The notes under the pieces are model-generated. The model saw only the letters and a list, made by a program, of their open reading frames with translations, was not told the DNA's origin and did not search any database. A program made the position numbers and the translations under genes. From Mytilus californianus (Eukaryota), in assembly GCF_021869535.1 (NCBI RefSeq), contig NW_026262581.1, positions 92,504,001 through 92,568,000 of the forward strand: a stretch of 64,000 nt of DNA, written 5' to 3'. This document shows, one piece after another, positions 1 to 11,810 of this stretch (position 1 is its first letter; every line of letters begins with the position of its first letter).

Positions 1-540
1 CTACTATTATCAAAACATGGATATTTAAAAGTACAAGACAAATAATAAATACTCTGACTCCGTTCAAAACTGGAAACTGGAACAAATAGATTCCTTCAGA
101 GAAAATGCTATAAATAGTGAAACTGCATTTCTAACGCAATATTCAGGAACTTTAAACTTCTAAAGCGAAACTACTTTAAAATTTAATCAGACGTGTCAAT
201 ATTTATTAGCTGCGAACTGGAGATCGGGACAAATGGAACTGAGAAAAATACTATGAATCTTACACTCTTGTTTACATCGAGCGCATGAAATTCCAATAAT
301 GTTAAAATGTAGTTTAATTATTTATAGCAGTTCCTCTGAAGGAATCTATTTGTTCCAGTTTCCAGGTTTCAAACATCATAGACTTCTTGAAGTTACTGAA
401 AGTAAGTTCAAAGTTCTTATTCTGCGGATTAACAATGAAATCACGTATTCTGACATCGCACTTCAGAGTTTTAAAATACAGCAACGCCATGAACAATTTA
501 GAAACACACGATATTGTACAATGTTCAAGGTAAGAAAATG

Positions 541-975
541 TTACCAAAAAGTAAAATAACAAAAATACCCAACTCCAAGGAAATTTCAAAACGGAAAGTC
601 CCTTATCAAATGGCAAAATCAAAAGCTCGCACACCAAACAAATGGAAAACAACTGTCATATTCCTGCCTTTGACAGGCATTTCCTTATGTGGAAAATGGT
701 TTTATAGCTAGCTAAACCTCTTGTATGACTGTCGCATAAAATTCCATTATATTGACAACAATGTGAACAAAACATACGGACATAACAGGAAAAAATGTCA
801 AAAATAGGAGTACAGCAGTCAACATTGTGTTATAATCTCATCACTATAAAAACAAACCGAAATATGTCAACAAAGAAAAACAAATGGCATAAAGACAAAG
901 CACATAAGTAAAAATGAAAGACAAGAATACACAAAAATACAATGGCGGGATGTATAAGTACCAAGCCACATCAAT
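541..975 (-). mobile_element. Dispersed repeat, probably the 3' UTR/terminal region of a Penelope-like element (relic)
   Basis: Contains the CCTGCCTTTGACAGGCA block, related to the CCTG(T/A)CTT..GACAGGCA core of other repeat copies here. Family assignment is from recall of mussel repeats. Confidence 0.4.
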
Positions 976-1334
976 GACTCGCAAATTAATTTCACACCAG
1001 TGCCGTAGAATAAAATTTTTCCATCTTTAATGATTTTCCCAGCATCACAACTTTACGGGTGTACTTTAAGGTTCTACCACGAATACGGTATATTTTAGAA
1101 AATGCGAAACATTATAATGCCTTAAATTGGCTCAAACTTCAACAATCTTTGAAAAAATTTAGCATTCATAAAAAGAAAATGGATAAATGGAATTCATAGA
1201 AAAAAAAGGAAAAATCTATGCAAGATAAAAAATTTATTTTGTTATTTACGAACCCCAATGGTTGACTGAGGTATAGAAAAATGGTCATCCCTTGACTTCT
1301 CCCTTTTGGCAGTAAGATTATTGCTAAAGTAGGG

Positions 1335-1562
1335 CATCCGGTCGGTTGCGTGGGATGTTTAAATACGCAGCCACGTTCAGTCGGAATTGGGCAGTTAAAT
1401 CCGATGCATATTAAACATACCCTATTTTCCAATGACACTCTAAATTCCCCGCACTTCATCCCAGTCAACCCACCATTTGCATTAATTGTCATTTTGTCCT
1501 TGTCCTGAACAACCACGAACTATTTGCCATCGGACATTAACCGTGCATCAATCACTCATTGA
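1335..1562 (+). mobile_element. 3' half of a SINE
   Basis: Ends in TATTTGCCATCGGACATTAAC plus a (CAAT/CACT)n tail. Similar 3' ends recur near 16700, 33840 and 45170. Confidence 0.45.
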
Positions 1563-1836
1563 TTATTCGGTGCTTAAATAAATTCATCTACGATATTTAC
1601 ATCAGAAAATGCAACTCCTCTGATACCTTTGATAGAAAGCTCTCATACTGAATGAGTTGTTTGCCGTCATGTGCAGTTGGCCACATTATACCGTCATTTT
1701 GATTTGACAATTTTTATGGGACTTTCACCATTTGTACCACTACAATTACACACAATGTAATTCCCCATTTATACACCGGGAGAGACATTTCACTTCGGCG
1801 GTACAGTCCTATTGATTTTCAAATATTTCGGCCTAA

Positions 1837-1881
1837 GCCATACCTAAAGAGACATTAATTGTCGAAATGTGCATCTGGTGC
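1837..1881 (+). ncRNA. Degenerate hammerhead ribozyme, probably inactive
   Basis: CTAAAGA (CUGA box mutated), stem II GACA/TGTC, GAAA, TGTGCA, TC, TGGTGC. Confidence 0.6.
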
Positions 1882-2120
1882 AGTAAAATTGATCAATATC
1901 TCTGCTGGTTGACTGTAAGTCCTTGGGTGTATTACCAGCCAAGAACATCGGTACTATCGTAAAAATAGGGATATTGTTTTATTGAAATTAAGGAAAGTAT
2001 CTTCCTCATTCATAGGACTGATTCCTTGTCCGGCTTTGGATATACCTTTTGGTCCTTTTCGATTATATCAGCTCTTCAACGTTTGTATTAGGTGTTTTTA
2101 TTTCAAAACACTTTGACCTC

Positions 2121-2166
2121 GAGCATCGCTGAAGAGACATTAATTGTCGAAATGCCATCTAGTTCA
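2121..2166 (+). ncRNA. Type I hammerhead ribozyme motif with intact core boxes
   Basis: GAGCATCG-CTGAAGA-GACA ttaat TGTC-GAAA-TGCCA-TC-TAGTTC. One base is lost from the palindromic stem III and stem I is imperfect. Confidence 0.7.
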
Positions 2167-2477
2167 ATTAAATTGGTAACGTTTAATGTGTTAATACCAC
2201 TGGGTCGATACCACTGCTGGAAGACTGTTAGTTCACGAGTGTATCGCCAGCTCAGGATTTAGGTATTGACTTGTAAGACGCATATTGTTAGTTTTTTTTT
2301 TTAATTTTCTGTTGGAAAGCTTAGGAAATCTTATTAAAATAAGTGAGGTTCTGCCATCACGCAAAGCACTGATTCCTTGACCGCCTTTTGCTAAACGTTT
2401 TGTTCTTTTCGGTTATATCTGCTGTTCAACGTTTGATTGTTTTTTTTTTTTATTTATTTTACAATATTTTGACTTTA

Positions 2478-2522
2478 AACATTACTGAAGAAACATTAAT
2501 GGTCGAAATTCGCATATGATGC
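2478..2522 (+). ncRNA. Degenerate type I hammerhead ribozyme motif
   Basis: CTGAAGA at 2485 and GAAA at 2505. Stem II is mismatched (AACA/GGTC) and the cleavage triplet reads ATA. Confidence 0.55.
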
Positions 2523-2619
2523 TGTATAATTGATACCGTTTAATGTTATTAAATACTGTCTAGATGCCATAATTCCATTTGATTGGTTAAACTTTTCGTT
2601 TTTTCTAACATGCTTTCAG

Positions 2620-2820
2620 TTGGACCGTTTCGGAAATTTTCATCTTTAATATTCATTTTTAATTTCCTATTTTTACTAAATTGTGTTGGTCAAACAAGTA
2701 TAAATCCTTCTTCTATGAAAAAAATAAATAGGCCATAATATGAACTGGTACAAGTACTGTGATGCGATAACTGAAGCTGTAAACTTTCACATTGATAACA
2801 TCTATGTGCGTTTCCAAATA
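2620..2820 (+). pseudogene. Relic of a Penelope-like reverse transcriptase
   Basis: Translates to KFSSLIF...YKYCDAITEAVNFHIDNIYVRF, matching KFSYLIK...WKCEDMIEALNFLLDNIYVRF in the RT at 58101-59222. Confidence 0.65.
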
Positions 2821-2859
2821 CGCTATGTAATTACACTACTATCCCAGGTTATGGTACCA

Positions 2860-3240
2860 CCGCCACATTCTTCATTTGAATGTCACAAACCTGGAGCCTT
2901 TTGTCTAGTGGTTGTCGTTGGTTTGCTGTCGGCACTATTGTTTTTCGTTCATTTTTGTCATCTGTATGAGACAACTATCCATAAATGACTAAGATATGTA
3001 CAATTACAGGTTACTGCACGGCCTTCAATAATGAGCAAAATTCATACCGTATAGTAAAGCTATTAAAGAACCCTGTATAATAAAATGTGAAACAATTCAA
3101 AAGAGAAAAATAACGGTCTGCTTTAAACTAAAACAATGATCGAAAAACAAATATGACAGACATCGATCAACTACAAAATAATGAATTCCAGGCTTGGGAC
3201 AGGCCTATAAAGAATATGACGAGGTCTAACATTTTTGTCT
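2860..3240. mobile_element. Two degraded fragments of the PLE-terminal repeat in opposite orientations
   Basis: GGAGCCT...AGTGGTTGTCGTT on the plus strand, then ATGAGACAACT...ACGGCCTTCAATAATGAGC...CTTGGGACAGG (the minus-strand form). Confidence 0.55.
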
Positions 3241-5330
3241 GCGTTCAACCTTTCCCGATAAAAGACACAAGTTACTGAATGCTAGTTCAAAGCCCATTTC
3301 ACTATGTTTGCTGTAAATTATATTCTGTTCCAAATAAAATTATTTTTCTTGACAGATTATTGATTTCCGAGTAAGGACGGATTCCTCGTTTTGTTCGTTA
3401 TTAGAACAGTTTTCCTTTGCGCTCATTTCATTACCAACTTGTAAATTTAAAGACTGAGATTGTTTAATATGACAACAAATTTCCTTGAAATCTTGATTTT
3501 GATTACAACTTTCCAGTTAACGGAATTCCTTTGGTATTTGTAAAGCATAGTTCTATATTGATTGGCATCATCCGATGACCTTAACTATACTACGACTGTT
3601 CTGTATCTCCTAAGTCAGCAATAACTGATGAATTAGGAACGACATCGCTATATGTTAGACAGGATTTTCTAACTGAAGGCTTTTTGCTGTTGTAGAGGAT
3701 TGTATGTTTAGCAAAAGAGGTATGTCTTTTTTTCAGATCAGATCATTTAAAACGATATGTTTTACATATGCATCTATTTAAAAAAAAAAAGTAAAAGCAA
3801 TAATGTGTGTGAAATACGTTATTATGCGCCATGTTTTATAACTGTATGTCCGATTTATTTTCATTATTTTCTTTCCGTAACTAACCTACAATTTTAAGAG
3901 AATAGACGATTATTCTTTACTTTGGTATGACCTTTTTATGTTTGCATTATTACAGTCAATATTGATAGCCTTTTTCTTGTAGTGAAACGGCTTAATTTCT
4001 CTTGTATGGTAAAAGTCGATAAAGACAAAGATATGATCAAATCTAAAGCGTATTCTTAGTTTTCTATGTTGTGCTTTGTATACTATTGTTTGTCTTTTGG
4101 TCTATTTTTTTGCCATGGCGTTGTCAGTTTGTTTTCGAGTTTGAATGTCCATTTGGTATCTTTACCCTCTCTTAGGAACACGCATTTAAACACCAATTTA
4201 AAAAATGGAATTTAATGTTAATCCAAATAAATGTTGTCCATTTTTTTATAAATATACCAGTAAATAAATAATTCTATGCTATTGAAAATTTTATTCATAA
4301 CAATGACTTGTTTTCATTAGTCTGGCATTATCTTCTTCTTATTTTTTCTCATGAAAAATTACAAAAACAATTTATTAGAAATATGAGTTCCGACATTATA
4401 CTACATATAGGAGGCACACTAAGTTCTCTACAAAGAGGAAGATTGACAGTTTCATAAATTGTATATTGTTAGCATTTCTGTCGAGTTATGACAGGTGTCA
4501 GTGGAAATACATATCATGACTCGAGATTTTTTTACTCTCATAGGCATGATATTTTGCTTGGCCTTGAACTTTTTTTGCTCTGAACATTTACTGGCCTTTT
4601 TCTCGTTTGACGTTTCCAATAAAAAAATATTTTATTCACTTTATCTTGCAATCAGTCATCTATTGTACAAACATCAGGTTTACAATGAATGTTTGCTTTA
4701 TTTGTACAAGTACGGACCTGTTTTCCTGCTTCAGCTTTGAGCGGACGACAATGTTAACATTAACGTTTACGTAACTGTTCATTTTTATGTCCTTTCCACG
4801 TTCCGCGTTTTACCATGTCGATTTAATTTTTTTTTAAACAAAGACACTAAAAAATATGGAATTATAAAACTAAACGTAATAGTGTCCGGGTTAAATTTCA
4901 CGATAAAAAAACAATAGATTGCATTGTCGAAAATATATAATTTATTTGTACATGCTACGAATCAGGAGAAACGCTCGGCAAGCGCCTCTTTTCGTCAATT
5001 TATAAATATTTTATATGTTTGATGTGTGTTTATGTTTTCCTTTATTACGATGTGGTATGATTGCCAATGAAACAGCTATCCGGCAAAGACCAAATGGTAA
5101 GGATATAAACCACTACGGACGCATTGCATTTGAGCATATTTTTGAAAAATACAGTATTTCATTTGTGCCACAGGGTTGTGTTTCTTTTGCGCCAAAAATA
5201 AATACTGCTGTTGCGCCTATTTACAGGTAAAATATATTGGAAATGTGTTTAATGTTTTCATTTTGTTTTATTGATGAATTGGGTTTATGATAAATATGTC
5301 ATATTATGATATTACAACTATGTTGTAACA

Positions 5331-6351
5331 TTATTAGGTCTTTCCACTTTTCGTGGAAAGACCTTTTGCTTTTCTTCTGATTATTTTTTTTTTCTTCTGC
5401 CGTCTGAGATGCTTTTTTGTTTTACAACATATCGAAAGGATTTTTAAACAATGATTTTGTACAGTGATGAGAATTTCAAAACTCACCCTGTGTAACCGAA
5501 CACTTATTCTTGTAGGAGTTATCTCCCTGTGTCCCCTTTTTCTTGTTATCTTTTTTTCTCTGAAACCGTAAAAGATTTCAACAAACTGTTTTCACCAAAT
5601 TGTTTGTCTATTCTTAAGAATGGTTTGGTAAAGTTAAACTGATGTGATTGGATGACATCTTATGGGAGTAATTTCCCTTTGAAAATTTAAAATAGGTGAA
5701 ATGTTGGATAAATTCATACATTATAATTTGTAGAGGCCTAAAGTCTATCGATATGAAGTCCTTGGTCCATTTAGAGGAAATTGAGGTCAAGGTCAAAGGT
5801 CAAAGTCATGTTCTAAATTTTGAATTTTGCTTGTTATTCAAAAGAAACCATAACAGTTAATGATATGATGTGTTTGCCAAATAACTATTTACGATAGGGC
5901 GCAACTTCAACCTATTTAAGTCGAAGTGTTTCGGTCAACCCTTATAGGAGTTTTCTCCCCTTATGTATTTGAAATCAGTATTACTCCAGAACCATACAAG
6001 TGATTGACCTGGGTTCTTTCAATTTGAGATCACTGACCTTTGACGTTCTAGATTTTGACCTTTGCTAAAAATTCTTACTGGTTCATTATAAAATAATTAA
6101 GTCTTTTGCATCTGGTTGTAGACATTTCATCATTTATCAGGTCAACCGGAAATGACCGTATTTTAACCGGCAGTTGCCTATTTCAGGCTTATCCCATGAA
6201 AAAGAACCTATAAATCTTATTTTTTTTATATCAGTTTGAAGTAACAAATAACATCAACCAGGAGTGACATTTTCCAGCACTGTTTTTTTAAATTCCATTC
6301 TTATTATCGAGGTGGAAAGACCTTCAGTTGTTCTCTGAAGAATTGGTTTTT
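5331..6351 (+). mobile_element. Non-autonomous Helentron-associated (HINE/pearl-like) element
   Basis: 5' hairpin AGGTCTTTCCAC/GTGGAAAGACCT (5336-5364) followed by a TTC-rich tract, internal ~150-bp core repeats, a 3' sub-terminal GTGGAAAGACCT (6312-6323), a short palindrome and a T-run. Confidence 0.7.
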
Positions 6352-7152
6352 AATATTTATTAAAAGTCTCTTTTCAATAGAAATCTATTATTAATACTAT
6401 TTACCTGTATTATTTTGGCGCAAATGCAATATGGTTTGTGGTGCAAATGAAAGATTTTATTTTTTTTGGCGCAAAAGCAAAGAATCGAACAGCGATGTTT
6501 TTATTTCTTTTGTTTATAAATTGGAAATTGAATGATTTTTTTCATTATCTTGCTTTGCAAGTGTATTTTATATGTGTCAGTAAGGTTTACAGTCTGTAGG
6601 TCGTACGACGAATATCATTTGGTGTAATTTGAACCATATCAAATTTCAAATGATTTTTTTTTAATTCAGACTTGTTGACATAAATAGACGTCCGAGTAAA
6701 CTTTTTGAAAATATTTTATACAACTACTGCTGGTTTTGTGCTTATCTTTGAAACGAATTTTCCTTGTTATATTCGTTTTAAAGTTGTGCAAGACAATGTA
6801 GATTCGTCCTTTACGCATGAATCTTTTATCGGTATTGTTGCACAAATCTTGAAATTCCTGTTCGCGTAGCTTCGTCATTACAAGACGATCCGATAGTACC
6901 GATAAAGTTTGCTGGTTGGTTGTTTTCTTAAGACTATTATACATTAAACCATGTTTCCCATTTACAAGAAAATAATTATTGCGTGTGTAGCTAGTTTATT
7001 TTGTCCATGAACCATATTACTGTCAGATACTTTACCACATAAGCTTCACGTTTACAAACAAGTTTTTGGTCCAACAGTTTAATTGTAATACAGCACTGCA
7101 TATTCTTGTTTTAATTCACATTTCTACCTGTTTATGACAATTTATAATATTC

Positions 7153-7426
7153 TACCTGTCCTAAGTCAGGAGCCTGTTGTTCAGTGGTTGTCGTGTGGTT
7201 CATAAGTGTTTCTCGTTTCTCGTTTTTTATATAGATTAGACCGTTGGTTTTCCTGTTTGAATTGTTTTACACTAGTCTTTTTGGGGCCCCTTATAGCTTG
7301 CTGATCGGTGTGAGCCAATACTCCGTGTTGAAGGCCGTACTTTGATCTATGATTGTATACTCTTTACACATTGTGACTTGGATGGATAGTTGTTTCATTG
7401 GCACTCATACCACATATTCTTATTTA
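7153..7426 (+). mobile_element. 5'-truncated copy of the PLE 3'-terminal repeat
   Basis: Closely matches 60280-60555. Ends in CTCATACCACAT.TTCTTAT and runs into (TA)n. Confidence 0.85.
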
Positions 7427-8995
7427 TATATATATATATTAATATCAAGTTTTCAAAATTAGAAAAGGAAAATATAAAAATGGGTTAACTGGCTAACACT
7501 AAAGATCGTTTTCTTTAAATTGATCAAAGTAGTTAAATGTTTATAATACATGGCCTGATTCATCAACTATTCGCCGGTTTAATTGACTTCGTGTGTCGAT
7601 GAAAACCAGCATTGCATCTTATTAATAATTTTCTGCGAATTCTTACTGATAGCGATAAACATTACTACAATTAATGTTAACAACCTATTGTCTATTCTCT
7701 GTAAAGAGCTTCTTACTTGCATTAATATACTCAAACTAAATTAATACTGACCTGCCGCCTACAAAGATTCGCAGTAAATTTCTACATAGTTTACTTTGTA
7801 CTACAGATATATAGGACCTCATAGTAAAATTCAGGGCTGATATGAATAACCATTTTTAAGTTGAGATTTTCTACATGTACTACGATAAATTTGTACTACG
7901 ATTGGATATCTTAACTTAAGTGGTTTTATGCATATCAGCCCAACATTGTATAAGGAGTCAAATGATTGGCTAGTACTTTGGACCAATGAAGATATGAGTT
8001 GTTTTCTGTATATTTTTTTTTTCCTTTCCTATAAGATTTGTCTTCCTTTTTTGTTTTCAATTGGATTGTCAAAATGTATTAGATGTATTTTCATTATAGG
8101 CACTAGTCCAGTTTTGGACATTGGAATTATCTAAGGAATATGATTAGTTTATTTCTTAGAATAACGTATTTGACACAATCACATAATATGATCTGAATCA
8201 CCATAAAAACGATAATGTTCTTGCAGAAGTTTCCCCGCCTTCAACAGTTTCAAATAAACAGATCTTAATTTAACATCATTGTCTCAGAAAACACAATTAG
8301 CTTAAGTCTGTTCTTATGTTCTGTGGATTACAATTTTCTGTTCGTGGTTCATGCATCCGAGTTCTTTGAGTGTTTAAGAGATTGAGAAGATACAGCCTTC
8401 GATATATTATGTCGGGTTTTCTATAATTTCCACAAATTGTTCCATGTTTTTCTTTTTACCTAAATAATATTTTTGCATTGTTTATGTCATGTATTTAGGA
8501 TTTCTATCTCACCAAATAGACAATCTACATTGTTTATCTCTTAATTTGACACTTTGAAGATCGTTAAACATTGAGGCAATCTACACACGAAGAAAACATA
8601 TTCTTACTCATTAACAATAATCGATCATCTGTTTCACCGAATCGGAAAACATTCAATGCAACGTGAATACATTTGTCAGTATTTTCTGTCCAGTTATGGA
8701 AATGAATTGTGCTATTAAGTTTTTTTTTTTCGCCTCCGAGATTAAGAATAACGATATTTCATCAATGACGTCTTTTTCAATAGATAATGCATAGAATATT
8801 AAAATCATGGAAGTTATTTACAAATAAAGATGTGTACGGCCATTTGAAAAATTGTAATTCTTGGCTTTAAAAAGATGTTTGTATCTTTCATATGAAATGA
8901 ATGGGGAAATTAAATGTTAAACTGTAAGAAAAATTATCTGAAATAATAGAATTTCTAACGCAATGCGTTATATTGATTGAGTCTTGCTTAATATG

Positions 8996-9180
8996 AATAA
9001 GAAGATGTGGTATGAGTGCCAATGGGACAACTCTCCATCCAAGTCATAATGTATAAAAAGCAAACAATTATAGGTCAAAGTACGTCCTTCAACACGGCTC
9101 AAGCCTTGGCTCACACCGAACAGCAAGCTATAAAGGGCCCCAAAATGACTAGTGTAAAACAATTCAAACAGGAAACCCAA
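8996..9180 (-). mobile_element. 5'-truncated copy of the PLE 3'-terminal repeat
   Basis: Reverse complement of 60370-60550 (GATGTGGTATGAGTGCCAATG.GACAACTCTCCATCCAAGTCA...CTCACACCGAACAGCAAGCTATAAAGGGCCCC). Confidence 0.85.
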
Positions 9181-10840
9181 CCTAACATTATATTACAAAT
9201 ACTTCATGCATTTCCTGAACGAGAATTTTTTTGTTTGCCAAAATATATTTCTGGAAGTGTATTTGAGATAAACATTGAGATATAATAAAGGTTTACTAGG
9301 TAAAATGTTCAATGTATAGCCTGTAAATAAGCCAGAGGAGGTCCAAGATATCATGGTAAAATGCTTAGAATGTGAGAAGCGAATAGCATACATTCGTTAC
9401 ATTTAACAAAATGGTAAATACAATTATATTTTATAGTGCAAAAAGCAATGTAGATTACTATGAAAGGAAGTATATCAGATTTCATAAAGTCTTGATTGGA
9501 TTCGTTATAAAAATCCTTCATCTAGATTTTGATTCGGATACATAATGTAAGGTTAATATAAAAATCGGGTAATGATAACTTAATGATCTAAAGATTAAGA
9601 ACAATTTTGCCGGGCTTCCAATCAATTACAACAGAAACCCCAAACAAAGCATTAAATGAAGAAAAATTAGATTATTTACCATTTGTGGTGGTGAAATGAG
9701 TCGCAGTCTTTTCTCTTACATTAAGTGCTTGACGGAGAAGACTATTTGTAAAGGGTGCAATCAACAGTTTTTTTCTATGACGTCATATTTTAAGGGACCA
9801 TGTCTAAGTGACCCTTAGTGGTGGAATGGTTAATAAAGATACTTGTATAAAACTAGATATCACTGGAATCAGAACTGTCTCTAGTTTATATTGAAATAAA
9901 AATATAGTGTACTTTTAGTATATTAAAAAAGTTCTATCCAGAGAAAATGGGGAAAAAGTTGCCTAATCTGAACATAAAAAACCTGAAATCAGCTCATGTG
10001 CATATCCATGTAAACATGATACAGGCACATTTCCCATAATCAAAACTGTATGAAATTCATAGGTTTTTACCTGGCCTTTAATAAAAATCATGTTTCAGGG
10101 TACGGTTTCCTGCTTCGAAAAGAGCTACAGTGGCTGCAAATAAGTTTTCAATTTTCACTGCCAAAAAAACAGGATGTTTACAGTGTTGTCTCCCCTCAAA
10201 ACATGTATATTTAATCTAATTTTTAAAATTATTTTAATCATTTAACCTGTTTAAATTGAAAGCTAATTAACTAATTTATGCAATCAAAAACAAAAAACAT
10301 GATACTTTTTCACCAATTATATGAATAAAAAGGGATGATGGTCCAATTTATAATGAAAATGTAAATTTAATATTTTTATTTGATTTCATTTGTTTTTACA
10401 AGCAACGTTACGGTACTGATGCAGGCATTTTGGATTTAAGGCTCTCAAAGAAAAGTTTTATATTTGCCAAGACAAAAAAAAACCTAACAACTTGTGTATG
10501 CCACAGTGAAAAACTATTGAACCTGATAGGTAATATTTTAAACATATCAGTCAATTGAATAGCGTGTTATATTCTGAGTATCTCTTAAAACCCAGGCCTG
10601 ATTGAAACAGCCAAAGCCCGCTACTTAAGATGAATCAATTTCTATGTAGCTGTCTCCAAATCATATCATTTAGACGATGACATGTTTAACTCCTAATAAT
10701 TTTGCTTTCTCACTATTCACGCTATTTTTATGTAGATATCAAACCACAAATTCAAAATCCCTATATATTCAACACAAGTTTTTCAATTTTCACAGCTCTC
10801 TAAATAGTTTAAGTTTAACTTCATATATACCATGTTTATC

Positions 10841-11810
10841 CTAGTAAGTAAGTAAGTAAGTAAATTGTATTTAAAGTCGGCATATATATACGTAATAACA
10901 GAGAAAACATGAGCTATGATGAGCTTTTTAACCGACTATCATACCATGCAGCTTCATGCAAATACTAATAATAAAAATAAAATTTCCATGCAAATATAAT
11001 TAAAGCAAATTTTGTTTGATTTCTGAACCTCCAGGGTTAATGCTCATGCGGCTAACACCTCTTTGGGCATTGAATGAGGGAACCAGCAATCACTGAAATA
11101 TCATAAAATACTAAAAAAAAACTAAAAAGCACAAATAAATAAATAAAGCACTGGCATTTAATATCAGCTATATATAATAATGCATAAAAAAGCAGAGCAA
11201 AAGGCCAGAAATAAAAAAGAAAGAAATTTCAACTATGAGGCAGCACTGGATGGAAACGACACGAATTGCAATTGCATTTTTGACCATCACACAAGGAATT
11301 TATATAATTCCTAAATTGGTCAAAAGAGGTCATAGTTCTGGCCTCATTGGGAAGGGAATTCCATACTTGTGCTGCCTCAAATCTAAAAGATCTTTTACCC
11401 TAACTTGAGGTTCTTGGTCTAGGTACATCAGCAGTGTTCACATACTTGAAATTATATGAATTTTTTATTATAACAACTAGATCTTGAATAAATAAAGGAC
11501 ATTTTTTATTGATTATTTTAAAGGACTCCAAGTCAATTGAGAGCGCTCTACGAGTTTTTAGTGATGGAAGGTTTGAAATCTGCAGGAGTGTTTCGTACGA
11601 GTTCTGATGGTCTTCATAAATAAAACGAAGCGCTCGTTTCTTCTTTTTTTTCTGTTTTTCTTGTATTTTGTTCCCCACAGAAATGCCACGCCATGGACAG
11701 TAACTAAAGTTAGACATAACAAATGAGTAATAAATTGTAAGTTTACTAAGTTTGTTTAGGTGTTTCCAAATTCTTTTCAAAATATTTAATTGTCTTGCAG
11801 CCATTTTACA
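10841..11810 (-). mobile_element. 3' end of a CR1/L2-group LINE (decayed ORF2 C-terminus, 3' UTR and tail)
   Basis: AARQLNILKRI...SFVMSNFSYCP...KRALRFIYEDH..SYETLL...LPSLKTRR...YGKRSFRFEAAQVWNSLP. (TACT)n tail at 10843-10863. Confidence 0.8.

Larger units (their letters stand above)
1780..2545 (+). repeat. Tandem array of about 2.3 retrozyme-like units, each junction carrying a type I hammerhead motif
   Basis: The block CTGAAGA-GACA-TTAAT-TGTC-GAAA-TGCGCA-TC recurs at 1844, 2129 and 2485 (spacing 285 and 356 nt). The spacers are also homologous (ACTGATTCCTTG..CCG.CTTT.G...CCTTTTG.TC.TTTTCG.TTATATC.GCT.TTCAACGTTTG). Confidence 0.75.
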
